A stretch of DNA of 64,000 nucleotides from a virus. A program made the position numbers and the translations under genes. Location: the IMG/VR virus record IMGVR_UViG_3300025098_000014. One strand, 5' to 3'. Below, in pieces: positions 25,683-35,378 of this stretch; the first letter of the stretch is position 1, and each line of letters begins with the position of its first letter. Under the pieces are notes generated by a model. It did not search any database. It was not told the DNA's origin and saw only the letters and a program-made list of their open reading frames with translations.

Positions 25683-26423
25683 TTATTCTTCAGTAGTAAT
25701 ATCAGTTGAGTTCAGTCCAGTCTCAGGAGACTCTCCTGTAAATCCATCAACATCACCAGGCTCTCTAGGCCATACGATCAGATAAGTATTGTTACCAACA
25801 CTACTCCAAGTATCGGGCAGCTCCCTCAACTTTTGACGATACGCTGTCCATTCACTAACATAACCTGCTGGAGCATCTGCAGGAATTTTATTATCAGATT
25901 GTGAAAGTAGCATATCTCTTGTTTTTCTTACTTCTTCCCACCCAAAGGACTGACTATCAGTTTCATCTCCAAACTCAAATTCTGTATGGGGACCAGAGAA
26001 TCTACCTGTATTCCAAAGACTAGTCTCAAAATTATAACCAAACGAGCACATATCATATACTTCATTGAAGTAAAGATAGTTAGGAAGAATTGGGTTAGGT
26101 TCTGAGTCAGGACCAGCAGGAGTTTCAATCAGTTCTGGAGGAAGAATGCCTCCAAACATTGCAACTGCATTCATAGGATGAGTATCAGCATTAAGCTCGA
26201 CAACTCTTGTCCCAACTGGAGGATCTCTGTCTTCACCAGGATCAGATGGGAAAGAATGCTCTACTTCCCAATTAGGATCAGCATCTGTTCCAGTATTTGT
26301 ATACCAGAAAGTAATCTTATCTGGTCCAGTATATGTACAGATACCACTTCTATTTGTGTCCTGAGTATCTCCATACCATTCAGTGGGTACAGGATAAACA
26401 ATTGTTTTAGTAATTTGCGCCAT
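25683..26423 (-). CDS. Tail fibre assembly chaperone-like protein
   Basis: C-terminal WEEVR..RD.LL..SD...W.AYRQKLRELP...WP motif. Confidence 0.75.
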   Translation of the reverse strand: MAQITKTIVYPVPTEWYGDTQDTNRSGICTYTGPDKITFWYTNTGTDADPNWEVEHSFPSDPGEDRDPPVGTRVVELNADTHPMNAVAMFGGILPPELIETPAGPDSEPNPILPNYLYFNEVYDMCSFGYNFETSLWNTGRFSGPHTEFEFGDETDSQSFGWEEVRKTRDMLLSQSDNKIPADAPAGYVSEWTAYRQKLRELPDTWSSVGNNTYLIVWPREPGDVDGFTGESPETGLNSTDITTEE

Positions 26424-26454
26424 TGCTAAAAATGTACTCCGTTATAAGTATTTA

Positions 26455-27333
26455 TCAGGACCAAGTTGTAACAACTACGAGGCCACCACCGCCCCAATCA
26501 CCCCAGCATTGACTGCCTTGAGTAGAACCAGAGAATCCACCACCACCAGGGAACAGCGAAGGTGCAGAACAACATCCTCTAGTATTACCATAAGCACAAC
26601 GGTTTGTACCGAAGTTTCTTTGGGTCTGCCAAGGACCAACTGGAGAAGATGCGACTGCCCATGCTCCTGAGTGACAGTCCACATGCTTCAGTTCACCACC
26701 AGACAAACCACAAATATAGAATTCGTTTTCTGGGTTTGCTGAATCAGGCTTAGATTGTCCATCAGGCCAAGCAGCGGAACATGCATTGAAACAGTTAGTT
26801 CTTTGTGCTACTTTCAGACAAGTATAGCAACTATTAGTACATCTTTGCGTTGCATAAGATCCACCTTGCATACAGAAGGTTCCTAATCCACCACCTAAGA
26901 CGAAAGAAGGACATCCATAGAATCCACAACCGGTTCTACCGTGGCAACAACCACAGCAGGAACATCTGCTAGTGGAACCAGAGCAAATGGTAAACTGAGT
27001 AGATCCTGCAGTGAAGTGACCGCAGTTAGCGTATTGCATTTTAGTAGCGTAACCGCCACCACCGCCGCCCATACCAGGTCCATTGCCACAGCAGCGACCA
27101 CCTGAACCTGATCCACCACCAGATACAATTTCAAATTGAATCGTGGTTACTTTTTCTGGTACAGTCCAGAGATGGCAGCAACCACCATTACATGGGGTAT
27201 TATGGCAACAGTTAAAATAAAAGCTTCTACAAACATTACCTGTAGATACACCTGTTACTTTACCGGGTCCAACGGTTCCATCGATAATTGCATCAGAGGC
27301 ATCGATTTTTTTATAGGTTTGATAGTCAGCCAT
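26455..27333 (-). CDS. Cys/Gly-rich distal tail fibre / adhesin-like protein
   Basis: WTVP..VT.I.FEI.SGGGSG, polyglycine runs, terminal GGGGLVVV; 29 Cys in 292 aa. Confidence 0.7.
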   Translation of the reverse strand: MADYQTYKKIDASDAIIDGTVGPGKVTGVSTGNVCRSFYFNCCHNTPCNGGCCHLWTVPEKVTTIQFEIVSGGGSGSGGRCCGNGPGMGGGGGGYATKMQYANCGHFTAGSTQFTICSGSTSRCSCCGCCHGRTGCGFYGCPSFVLGGGLGTFCMQGGSYATQRCTNSCYTCLKVAQRTNCFNACSAAWPDGQSKPDSANPENEFYICGLSGGELKHVDCHSGAWAVASSPVGPWQTQRNFGTNRCAYGNTRGCCSAPSLFPGGGGFSGSTQGSQCWGDWGGGGLVVVTTWS

Positions 27334-27383
27334 TGTTTATATTCTTAATGGTGAAATTCGTAATAGTATTTATGAAATCATAA

Positions 27384-27410
27384 TAAAAAGAAGGGAGATT
27401 GCTCTCCCCT
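27384..27410 (-). terminator. Intrinsic terminator
   Basis: AGGGGAGAGCAATCTCCCTTC followed by a T tract. Confidence 0.65.
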
Positions 27411-27420
27411 GAAGTACGAA

Positions 27421-30400
27421 TCAGATAGTGATGATTCTCCATCCTTGTGATCCATCATAGTAGACCAATTCAAATGCCGCACCTTCAGTAGATACAACCA
27501 AGTCAGAAGAGTCACCCATGATTGGTTGACTATTTCTACCAATCGTAAGGTTATTAGAGTCAAATGTCTTGGCAACATCGAAGATTCTAATAGAATCACC
27601 CTTAACAGGAGATGCAGGAAGAGTAACAGTGAATGCACCGCCACTAGTATTACACCAGGCTTGCTGTCTGTTTGCTAATGTGGTTCCATTACCACTGACA
27701 TCTACATTAGCGTAGGCACCTAGAGGTAACCAACCAGAACCGTTATAGAATTCAAATCCATCAGCGTCGGTATCGTAGCGGAGACCACCTTCGATCAGAT
27801 CAATACCAGTAGGTCTAGTTGCCTGAGTACCACGAGGTGGAACAATAATACCAGAAGTGGTATCCATCTTACCGCGAGTGAGGAAGCCACGAACTGCTTT
27901 CTCAGTAGGACATGCTTGGTTAGAGTCGCCAGATAGGAATTCATCAGAAGAGAATTCGTTAACTGCTTCACCAATCTGACCGCCAATGGCACCCAGTCTC
28001 AGTTCAGAAAGACCTGATAGGTTGAATGCGGAAGCATCCAGGGTAGCAGCACCAGTCAACTGGTTAACAGAGAAGTATTCACCAACTCTGAAGTTACCAC
28101 CTTGGTCAGTAGAGACGAAGAAGATCTTACCAGTATTCAGTACAGTTGTCTCGTTACCCTGAGAAGCTGTGTTCTCATCAACATTTGGATAATTAGTTTG
28201 TGAAGTGTTGCCTGTACCAATCAGCAGGAAGTCATGACCCGTGAGACGAACCTTGGAGAACTTAGATCTCATCAAGAACTCTTGATCATCGAAGGAAGAA
28301 GGAGAAGCTCCTTTAACTGGTGCAATGTTAATCGTTGCACGACCAGATGCAAAGTCATATGCAGAAACTGTTCTGATAATGTAACTAATTGAATCGGAGA
28401 ATCCCATTCCAACTGTAGTGAATCCAATCGCATCACCAACAAGTGGTGCTGTGCTTAGTCCGACTACCTCAAATAGTCCATCCTTCTGTCCACCAACAGC
28501 GTTAGATGCAGATGCAATCTTAACATATCCTGTAGCAGCAGCACCAACGCTATCAAACTCAATGAATTCACCAGGTGTGAAGACAGTAGTACCAACACCA
28601 ACAGCACCGTTAGCACCATCAGCGTTACCAAATCCACTATTGTACTTAAAGTACAGTTGATCACCGGAGATCTGATTGTTTGTAACTACAGCGCGAGCTC
28701 CTGATACAGTACCACGCATCGTAGCACCAACAGAGATAGTACCAGCAGCAGTACCAACTTGGGTAGACATCTTGTCACCGAAGAGGCGACCAGAACGAGC
28801 AACTTCTAGTGTGGAGAATCCAACAGCCAATGCACCGTATGTACCGTAGGAGTTGTTACCTGAGAGAGATCTGATCTCAGATCCGTCATCAGAAACATAA
28901 CCGAAAGCACAGTAGTAAGTGAAGGAAGAAACAATTTCAGCAAGAGCATCATCTTCAAGCCAGAAACCTACACCACCGGAGTGAATGTTAGTAAAGGCGT
29001 CGAAGACCATCGACTTACCACCTCTACCCTCAGGTTTACCCTCGTGTACACCACCCTCAATAAAGATACCGATAGCACCACCATGACCAGTACCATCAGT
29101 ACATACATTAGAGAATGCGGTACAATCTTTAATGTAAGGTGAACGCTCAAGAATAGGAGTATCAGGATTAAGTCTGAAGTAAACACCGCAAGTTGTAGTA
29201 CCTACACCAACTTTATTCTGCCACTTATCAGTATTGAAAGGATCATTAGTATCATAATCAAATCCTTGCAGACCCTTCATCGTGATCGCCTGAACCGTAG
29301 TAGAGTCAGAGACGAAGAACATCGTCTGACGACTATTAGGAACAAGACCGTCAGTAGAAACACCAGAAGCTGGTTGAACAGTCGTACCTCTCAGAACATC
29401 ACCAGCAATGGAGAAGTTCTTAGGTAGAGTAATAGGAAGTTGCTCACTGAATACACCAGCAGACAACTTAAGAATGATAGGAGATACATCAGTAACCTCA
29501 CCACCACTCACATAAGTATGAGCAATTGTAGAGATACCAACATTGGTAGAGAATGTGTTGGAGTCAACTACAGAGTCAACTTTGAAGAAGAATCCTTGTG
29601 TACCATCGGGGAAGATAGTAGTTGTGACACCAGCATGAGCTACGGCACAAGTGAATCCAATACCCTGAAGTTTAACCTGACCCTGAGGGAACAAACCATG
29701 AGCGGCAGCAGTAATTGTTGCAATACCGCTAGACTCATCATAAACGAAGTTGGTAACATCTCTTCTAATCTGACCAGCAGTAGAAGCATAAGCAATATTG
29801 GCCCAAGCATTATCTGGGGTAAGACCTGTATTATCGTTATTACCCTGTTGAGCGTCAACATAGTATACCTTGGTGCGAAGACCAGGATACTGCCACTCAA
29901 TCTCATCGCTAGAAGAGACTCTTAGATATGTACCTTGCGTACCAATACCCTGTCTCGTAGGGCCAGTACCATCTCTGGTGAGCAAGTCACCTTTGGTTGT
30001 CAGCAGTGCTGCGCTATCACCGATAGCAAACGCTGCCCACATGGTAACAGCAGTACCAGGTTGGACATTAATGTTCGATGAAGCTACTGAGATGTAAGCA
30101 GAAGATGAGAACTCAGCAACATCACCGATCTCGTATACACCAGAACCACTCCAGGTACTTCTCCAGTTAAATCCTCTGGTCAACAGAGACCAACCATTAG
30201 TACCAGTATCAATGGTAGTAATAGCAGTACCGACAGGTCGGTTGTCTGCAACAATCTTAACTTGGTCAGCAATATAAGTGTTACCACCAAGGGTTACAAT
30301 CTCACCACGAGCATAGATTTGACCAGGATCGTAGGTAGAACCTGCTCCAGTACCAATACCACCAACAAGAACTGACCAGTCAGCAGCATTTTCGTTAGGT

Positions 30401-31083
30401 TGAGAACCTTTAGGGTTAGTACCGATAGCAACATAAGATGCACCGATATACTCTACAATATCCCCCCTTTCATAGCGGGTATTTGCATCGTAGAGACCTT
30501 CATTAGTGAAGGCTTTGTTAAAGTCTGTAAAATTAGATGCTGGAGGATAGAAACCGTCCGAACCTACTCCAGTAGGATCATGGAAACTAGTAGAAACCCC
30601 CTGCATTGTAAAGTCGCTAGCGACTTGGAAGGGAACAGTTGTACGATATTCTTGTCCACCATACTTAACAACATCATTGATGCCATAATAAGTAGCGGTT
30701 GTGAAAGCACCTCGGAAGTTCAGTCCCTCAGCATAGAGATCCCAATATTGTGGGAAGTCGGAACTGTACCAGTTGCTTTGTACACCAACTGATACATGTT
30801 GTGCCGTACAGATATATTGATTACCGCCTTCCTTGACGATATCGTTTACAACATATCCAGTACCAACTGTCCACTCGCCAGCAAAGTTCTGACCCTCTGT
30901 GTGGAGGTCCCAGTTGGCACTGTCGTTGGGGAAGCCAGTAGCACCTGCGTCCGATGTGTGGTTGGTAGTACAAACATAAGAGCTGGCACCGTATCTAACG
31001 ATGTCATCAATAATGAATGCGGTAGAAGCTGTCCAGGCACCACGCCAGTTAAATTTCAGTCTACCTAGTCTAAATTCTGCCAT
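27421..31083 (-). CDS. Tail fibre / virion structural protein with carbohydrate-binding-like repeats and a beta-helix (1220 aa)
   Basis: Six W/F-x-G-x-W...Y..D.V..GG..Y repeats, a VYYVDA..GND beta-helix start and a C-terminal TVTLPASP..GD.I domain. Confidence 0.75.
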   Translation of the reverse strand: MAEFRLGRLKFNWRGAWTASTAFIIDDIVRYGASSYVCTTNHTSDAGATGFPNDSANWDLHTEGQNFAGEWTVGTGYVVNDIVKEGGNQYICTAQHVSVGVQSNWYSSDFPQYWDLYAEGLNFRGAFTTATYYGINDVVKYGGQEYRTTVPFQVASDFTMQGVSTSFHDPTGVGSDGFYPPASNFTDFNKAFTNEGLYDANTRYERGDIVEYIGASYVAIGTNPKGSQPNENAADWSVLVGGIGTGAGSTYDPGQIYARGEIVTLGGNTYIADQVKIVADNRPVGTAITTIDTGTNGWSLLTRGFNWRSTWSGSGVYEIGDVAEFSSSAYISVASSNINVQPGTAVTMWAAFAIGDSAALLTTKGDLLTRDGTGPTRQGIGTQGTYLRVSSSDEIEWQYPGLRTKVYYVDAQQGNNDNTGLTPDNAWANIAYASTAGQIRRDVTNFVYDESSGIATITAAAHGLFPQGQVKLQGIGFTCAVAHAGVTTTIFPDGTQGFFFKVDSVVDSNTFSTNVGISTIAHTYVSGGEVTDVSPIILKLSAGVFSEQLPITLPKNFSIAGDVLRGTTVQPASGVSTDGLVPNSRQTMFFVSDSTTVQAITMKGLQGFDYDTNDPFNTDKWQNKVGVGTTTCGVYFRLNPDTPILERSPYIKDCTAFSNVCTDGTGHGGAIGIFIEGGVHEGKPEGRGGKSMVFDAFTNIHSGGVGFWLEDDALAEIVSSFTYYCAFGYVSDDGSEIRSLSGNNSYGTYGALAVGFSTLEVARSGRLFGDKMSTQVGTAAGTISVGATMRGTVSGARAVVTNNQISGDQLYFKYNSGFGNADGANGAVGVGTTVFTPGEFIEFDSVGAAATGYVKIASASNAVGGQKDGLFEVVGLSTAPLVGDAIGFTTVGMGFSDSISYIIRTVSAYDFASGRATINIAPVKGASPSSFDDQEFLMRSKFSKVRLTGHDFLLIGTGNTSQTNYPNVDENTASQGNETTVLNTGKIFFVSTDQGGNFRVGEYFSVNQLTGAATLDASAFNLSGLSELRLGAIGGQIGEAVNEFSSDEFLSGDSNQACPTEKAVRGFLTRGKMDTTSGIIVPPRGTQATRPTGIDLIEGGLRYDTDADGFEFYNGSGWLPLGAYANVDVSGNGTTLANRQQAWCNTSGGAFTVTLPASPVKGDSIRIFDVAKTFDSNNLTIGRNSQPIMGDSSDLVVSTEGAAFELVYYDGSQGWRIITI

Positions 31084-31095
31084 TGTAGATTCTCG

Positions 31096-31446
31096 TTAAA
31101 CAGGTTCAGAGTATGAGTGGGTTCCATTGACCTGAAGGACGATGTATCCGTCAGTGTCTAAGTAATAAAAAAGGTTTCGCCTATCAAAGCGTATCTGTTG
31201 ATATTTATCTTGCGGGTTATTGGCAAGTGCCTTTTGTTCAGTGGTTTCTTCAACATAATCGTTGTAGTCACCGAATTCTTCAACCTGCGTACCATCTAAA
31301 CGATGGGGATCAAGTGTTTCAGTTGTAGATGCAGTGCTTACCTTACTAAAGTAAAGCATATCATCAGCATCTCTCCTTAGAGCATAGACATAGTAACCGG
31401 TCGAATCCTTAGGTTGGAAATGAGCATTACTTAAAGTTAAAGCCAT
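31096..31446 (-). CDS. Conserved virion-module hypothetical protein
   Basis: YALRRD..GMLY-like and KYQQIRFD..LFYYLD.DG motifs; within the fibre operon. Confidence 0.6.
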   Translation of the reverse strand: MALTLSNAHFQPKDSTGYYVYALRRDADDMLYFSKVSTASTTETLDPHRLDGTQVEEFGDYNDYVEETTEQKALANNPQDKYQQIRFDRRNLFYYLDTDGYIVLQVNGTHSYSEPV

Positions 31447-31916
31447 TAGCTAATGATTCTCCAATAACTACCAGTCCATAAAAACATAACAGTCACTCCC
31501 GAAACATCTAAGTTCACGGGACCATCATCAATATTTCCAATCGCATCTTTAAATTGATGCAAAGATGAGCTCAATATAACATTATTTATATTCCAATTTT
31601 GTGCGCCATCAGCGATCTCAATACTGTCACCAATAGACAGGTTGACCACGGGCATTGTTGCATTGATAGCACCAGCAGTTGTGTTGGCAAGATACCTTTT
31701 ATTCACAACTAACTGTGTTGTGATCGGACCAGTAAGATCGGTATAAACAGGAGTAGCACCAGTTGCTGCTTGAGCAACAGTTTCTACATTGTTTCCTGAT
31801 CGGATGTAGATTTTCTGGTCAACTATATTAATAGCCATCTCGCCATCTTCGAGGTCAACTAGACCAGGAATTTGACCTTGCGTGGTACTTCTTTTTGGTT
31901 TAATGCGTGTAGGCAT
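31446..31916 (-). CDS. Virion structural protein (fibre-associated)
   Basis: IKPKRS....P...LEDGEMAIN..DQKIY N-terminus; C-terminal domain resembles the end of the 1220-aa fibre. Confidence 0.65.
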   Translation of the reverse strand: MPTRIKPKRSTTQGQIPGLVDLEDGEMAINIVDQKIYIRSGNNVETVAQAATGATPVYTDLTGPITTQLVVNKRYLANTTAGAINATMPVVNLSIGDSIEIADGAQNWNINNVILSSSLHQFKDAIGNIDDGPVNLDVSGVTVMFLWTGSYWRIIS

Positions 31917-31950
31917 TACTTCAAAATAGATGTGTGACTCATAGTATTTA

Positions 31951-32460
31951 TCAGAAGTAACTTACCGATAATACAACTCTAACTTTTTGATCGGTACATG
32001 TAGTACTATAATGTTCATTTGATCCATCAAAAAGAACAACTCTATTTTCCACACTCTCCACTTTACTATCACGAAATCCAGTATATCCATCGCAGGTATT
32101 AAAATATAAAACAGCTGTTTTATGTGGGTATTTAAAATCCTGATGATAGTCATGTTCTAATAGTTTACCAGTATTAGGATACAAATTAATCCTTGCACGG
32201 ATAAGAGACTTAACTTCTAAATCATGAACGATAAGATGGTCAAGTTCTTTCATGAATGAACTCAATGGTTCAAATCTATCAAATAATCTGTGAGTAAAAA
32301 AGAAATGCTCATCGTTCATTTCTCCCAAGTTAGCCACCTCTTGACAAAAAACCCAGGGAAATTGAGTACTGAACACACATTTTTTTAGATGATCAAAGTA
32401 ATCTTGATCTAAAAAGTTATCAATAATTGTCGGCGTAGTATTCATAGAGATTGAATGCAA
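31951..32460 (-). CDS. 2OG-Fe(II) oxygenase
   Basis: IIDNFL, HQD, VLYFNTCDGYT, NR.VLFDG..EH, R.V. Confidence 0.8.
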   Translation of the reverse strand: MHSISMNTTPTIIDNFLDQDYFDHLKKCVFSTQFPWVFCQEVANLGEMNDEHFFFTHRLFDRFEPLSSFMKELDHLIVHDLEVKSLIRARINLYPNTGKLLEHDYHQDFKYPHKTAVLYFNTCDGYTGFRDSKVESVENRVVLFDGSNEHYSTTCTDQKVRVVLSVSYF

Positions 32461-33025
32461 TAGATATACGAGTTTCTTTTGTATAATTTGGTGCTACATT
32501 GTGGGATAATGATGCAGGAAATAATATCATTAGTCCGTCATGGGGATCAATACTAAAAGTAGTATCCTGGGTTAAAGATAAGTTATGGTCATCTAGATGA
32601 TGAAAAGTAAGGTCGCCAGAATCATCTGGAACATCAACATAAAGAACTCCTGCTATAGATGAACCGGGGTGAGTATGTCTAACATTATATGACCCAATAC
32701 AATTTATATTAAACCACATGTTTGAGAGACGAGGATCAAATTTAATATCAACATTCTCGTGCTGCTTATATACTGCAATTAACTTTATAATCCTCTCGCT
32801 CATGTAATTTAAAAAAGGAGTAAAAGATTTATCCAGATAAAAATCATCTGGACTTTGATACCCATTTACATTACTCCTCCAGTTTGGTTGGTATACTTTA
32901 GAATAATTTTCTATCCAATCTACAAAGTCATCTTGAATATCATCAAAATTATTATCTTCAGATTTAGCCAAAACATATGGCAAGATAGAATAAGCTTCTT
33001 CAGTCAATGTAGTTATTCCTCTCAA
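32420..33025 (-). CDS. 2OG-Fe(II) oxygenase (TIGR02466-like)
   Basis: WFNIN......HTHP, GVLYV, FPASLSH.V, RISIAFN. Confidence 0.87.
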   Translation of the reverse strand: MRGITTLTEEAYSILPYVLAKSEDNNFDDIQDDFVDWIENYSKVYQPNWRSNVNGYQSPDDFYLDKSFTPFLNYMSERIIKLIAVYKQHENVDIKFDPRLSNMWFNINCIGSYNVRHTHPGSSIAGVLYVDVPDDSGDLTFHHLDDHNLSLTQDTTFSIDPHDGLMILFPASLSHNVAPNYTKETRISIAFNLYEYYADNY

Positions 33026-33674
33026 GCCATTCTCTTGTCATGGGAGTTGGTTCATATACTTCCCACATATTACCACCAGCACATGCTGCAAGAGCATTCA
33101 TAGTCATATTTTCAGTCTTGCCTGCCCACATTGCTTCTTTCTCCCACGGAATTGCAGATGGTTGCAGCGCATATGTCCGCTTGACCATCTCTTGCCACAA
33201 CATTGGCACATCATCTTCAGGCATAATAATAGCAATCATACTATTATCAATCGTGCCTGCCATACAATCTTGTGCAGCATGCCACCCTTCATGACGCATG
33301 ACACTCATCAATACACCAGGGCGTGACATAAATGCTTTGTTCAAAAAGAAGTTATTACTTACAGTATGATAGACGCCACGATGTCCTACTGGGAAATACT
33401 TCTCGTCAGCAAGATATACATTCACACCAATCTGATTCAATGAGTGAATCATATTATTGAACTCACCTGTCACTCCAGTAAACCTTTCTGGGTTGGGATA
33501 TTCAGATGAAACATCTAACAAGGAGGTAATTTTCGCCACACCTTCGGTACATTCACCGAGTAGCATACACCCCATAGAATGCATAGAGTAATACTCATCA
33601 TCTTTTAGAGGTTCTGCAATTGCAGCAGGGATAGTCAGACATGCTGCCATCAAGGCCATGATAATTTTTTTCAT
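33000..33674 (-). CDS. Exported zincin-like metallopeptidase
   Basis: Signal peptide; RHEGWHAAQ (HExxH) with a downstream EKEA. Confidence 0.65.
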   Translation of the reverse strand: MKKIIMALMAACLTIPAAIAEPLKDDEYYSMHSMGCMLLGECTEGVAKITSLLDVSSEYPNPERFTGVTGEFNNMIHSLNQIGVNVYLADEKYFPVGHRGVYHTVSNNFFLNKAFMSRPGVLMSVMRHEGWHAAQDCMAGTIDNSMIAIIMPEDDVPMLWQEMVKRTYALQPSAIPWEKEAMWAGKTENMTMNALAACAGGNMWEVYEPTPMTREWLERNNYID

Positions 33675-33676
33675 AA

Positions 33677-33985
33677 TTAAACTCTAAAGTGAATTGGTTG
33701 ATGATCTGATTGAGGTAAAGACTGTTGAGTTTCAAGTTCTTGACCCTTGACTACAATCTTTGCGGGAGGAAGTCCCTGTTGTCCAGGTAACTCTTTGTCT
33801 GTAGTAGCCGTGATATCAATAACTTGATCAGTAATAAATTTATTTTTTCTATATGTTCTACCAGGGACCATGGAGCATAAGTTTATTGCATCGCTTTCCC
33901 GTCCACAGTCAGCATACTTCTGACCAAGAGGGGTATATACTGAGTAGTATTCATTTCCCATAAGAGAATGTTTGATTATTCCCAA
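33677..33985 (-). CDS. Hypothetical protein
   Basis: Fills the operon gap; start uncertain. Confidence 0.55.
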   Translation of the reverse strand: MGIIKHSLMGNEYYSVYTPLGQKYADCGRESDAINLCSMVPGRTYRKNKFITDQVIDITATTDKELPGQQGLPPAKIVVKGQELETQQSLPQSDHQPIHFRV

Positions 33986-34000
33986 CTAATTATAGCATAT

Positions 34001-34930
34001 TTATTTCACTTGTCCAATGACCCACGATTTCATACCAAACGGTGTATCAGCAATGAGAGTTTGTGTCATCTCTACTGCGTCTGGTGGCACAACTAAACAG
34101 AATCCAATACCTAGATTGAATACATTACGCATCTCTTCCTCGGCAATGTCTCCTGCTTCCTGGATCTTGTTAAACAATTCAGGTCTCTCCCAAGCGTCAT
34201 AGTCAACATCAACAGTCATACCCTTTGGAAGACACCTAGGAAGGTTCTCGGGGATACCACCACCTGTGATGTGTGCCATGCCTAGGATAGGAACTTCATC
34301 TAACAAGTGCTGAATGAGACGGGCATAGATGGTGGTAGGTCTAAGCAACTCAGGCATCTCTTTATAGAAGATGTAATTTCTCCACAACATATCATTGACA
34401 AGAGTGTATCCATTACTATGAAGACCACTACTCTCAATACCAATGACTACATCACCAGGAAACATGGTGCTGCCATCAACAATCTGATTCTTCTCTACAA
34501 CACCAGTACAGAAACCAGCAAGGTCATAATCAGTTGCTCTAAAATGCTCTGCAGTTTCTCCACCCAGGAGTTCCATGCCAGCCATGGTGCATCCAACATT
34601 GATACCATACACAATGTCACTGACATTAGCATCAAGTGATTTGGTGGAGATATAATCTAGAAAATATAATGGTTTAGCGCCAGAACATATAATGTCATTA
34701 ACGCACATAGCAACAAGGTCCTGGCCAATAGTAGTGTAATCATTAGCAATTCTACAGATGTTAATTTTAGTTCCTACACCATCGGCACCAGATACCAAGA
34801 CGGGTTTCTCATATCCTGATGGGATCTCCATCATTCCACTGAAACCACCAATGTTAGGTGCCAATGCTTTGATATATTCTACAAAGGAACGACCCTTAAT
34901 GATGTCAACACCAGAAGTCTTATAGTCCAT
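34001..34930 (-). CDS. purM: AIR synthetase (phosphoribosylformylglycinamidine cyclo-ligase)
   Basis: DGVGTK, DLVAMCVND, GGETAE, SSGLHSNG, HITGGG, FNLGIG. Confidence 0.96.
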   Translation of the reverse strand: MDYKTSGVDIIKGRSFVEYIKALAPNIGGFSGMMEIPSGYEKPVLVSGADGVGTKINICRIANDYTTIGQDLVAMCVNDIICSGAKPLYFLDYISTKSLDANVSDIVYGINVGCTMAGMELLGGETAEHFRATDYDLAGFCTGVVEKNQIVDGSTMFPGDVVIGIESSGLHSNGYTLVNDMLWRNYIFYKEMPELLRPTTIYARLIQHLLDEVPILGMAHITGGGIPENLPRCLPKGMTVDVDYDAWERPELFNKIQEAGDIAEEEMRNVFNLGIGFCLVVPPDAVEMTQTLIADTPFGMKSWVIGQVK

Positions 34931-35199
34931 TAGTAAATTTCTCCATTGATAATACCTTCACGGTTCTTTAGTTTCCATACAATGTAGTCCATGGTAGGGA
35001 CACATATAGGGTTCCAACCTACGAACCCATGTGTCTCACCAGAATTCATAACCCAACAGGGAGCATCATCATTCTCAAGGTCTAGTGACTCGCGGTATGC
35101 TTCATCACCTAACATAACTACTGCTCTCTCTGCCTGATTCAAACTAGTGAAGCAGGTGAAGGCATTCTTTCTAATCTCATCAGGGATTTCGTGTTTCAT
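34930..35199 (-). CDS. Hypothetical protein
   Basis: Coupled stop/start with its neighbours. Confidence 0.6.
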   Translation of the reverse strand: MKHEIPDEIRKNAFTCFTSLNQAERAVVMLGDEAYRESLDLENDDAPCWVMNSGETHGFVGWNPICVPTMDYIVWKLKNREGIINGEIY

Positions 35200-35378
35200 G
35201 ATTTAAATAATAAACTACAAACTAGATACAATCCCATTGCAGACCAGTATCCCAAAGTTGGTAATCCAAAAATACCTGGTATGGCAGCATTCCATATCAA
35301 CATAAGTATCAAAGGTGATACCAGGAGAATTATACCTGCGACTATAATATTTTGATCAAGGAGTGATGATTTTTTCAT
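35196..35378 (-). CDS. Small membrane protein
   Basis: Two hydrophobic segments; WN..IP.IFGLP.LGYW. Confidence 0.6.
   Translation of the reverse strand: MKKSSLLDQNIIVAGIILLVSPLILMLIWNAAIPGIFGLPTLGYWSAMGLYLVCSLLFKS

Noticed and set aside
13910-27333. RiPP cluster (S8 protease, Cys-rich substrate, tailoring enzymes)
   Set aside because: The Cys-rich protein is a 292-aa fibre-tip type with its own chaperone; there is no leader/core precursor, cyclodehydratase, lanthionine synthetase or exporter.
25683-31083. Diversity-generating retroelement or invertible cassette acting on fibre genes
   Set aside because: No reverse transcriptase or invertase, and no near-identical template/variable repeat pair was seen.
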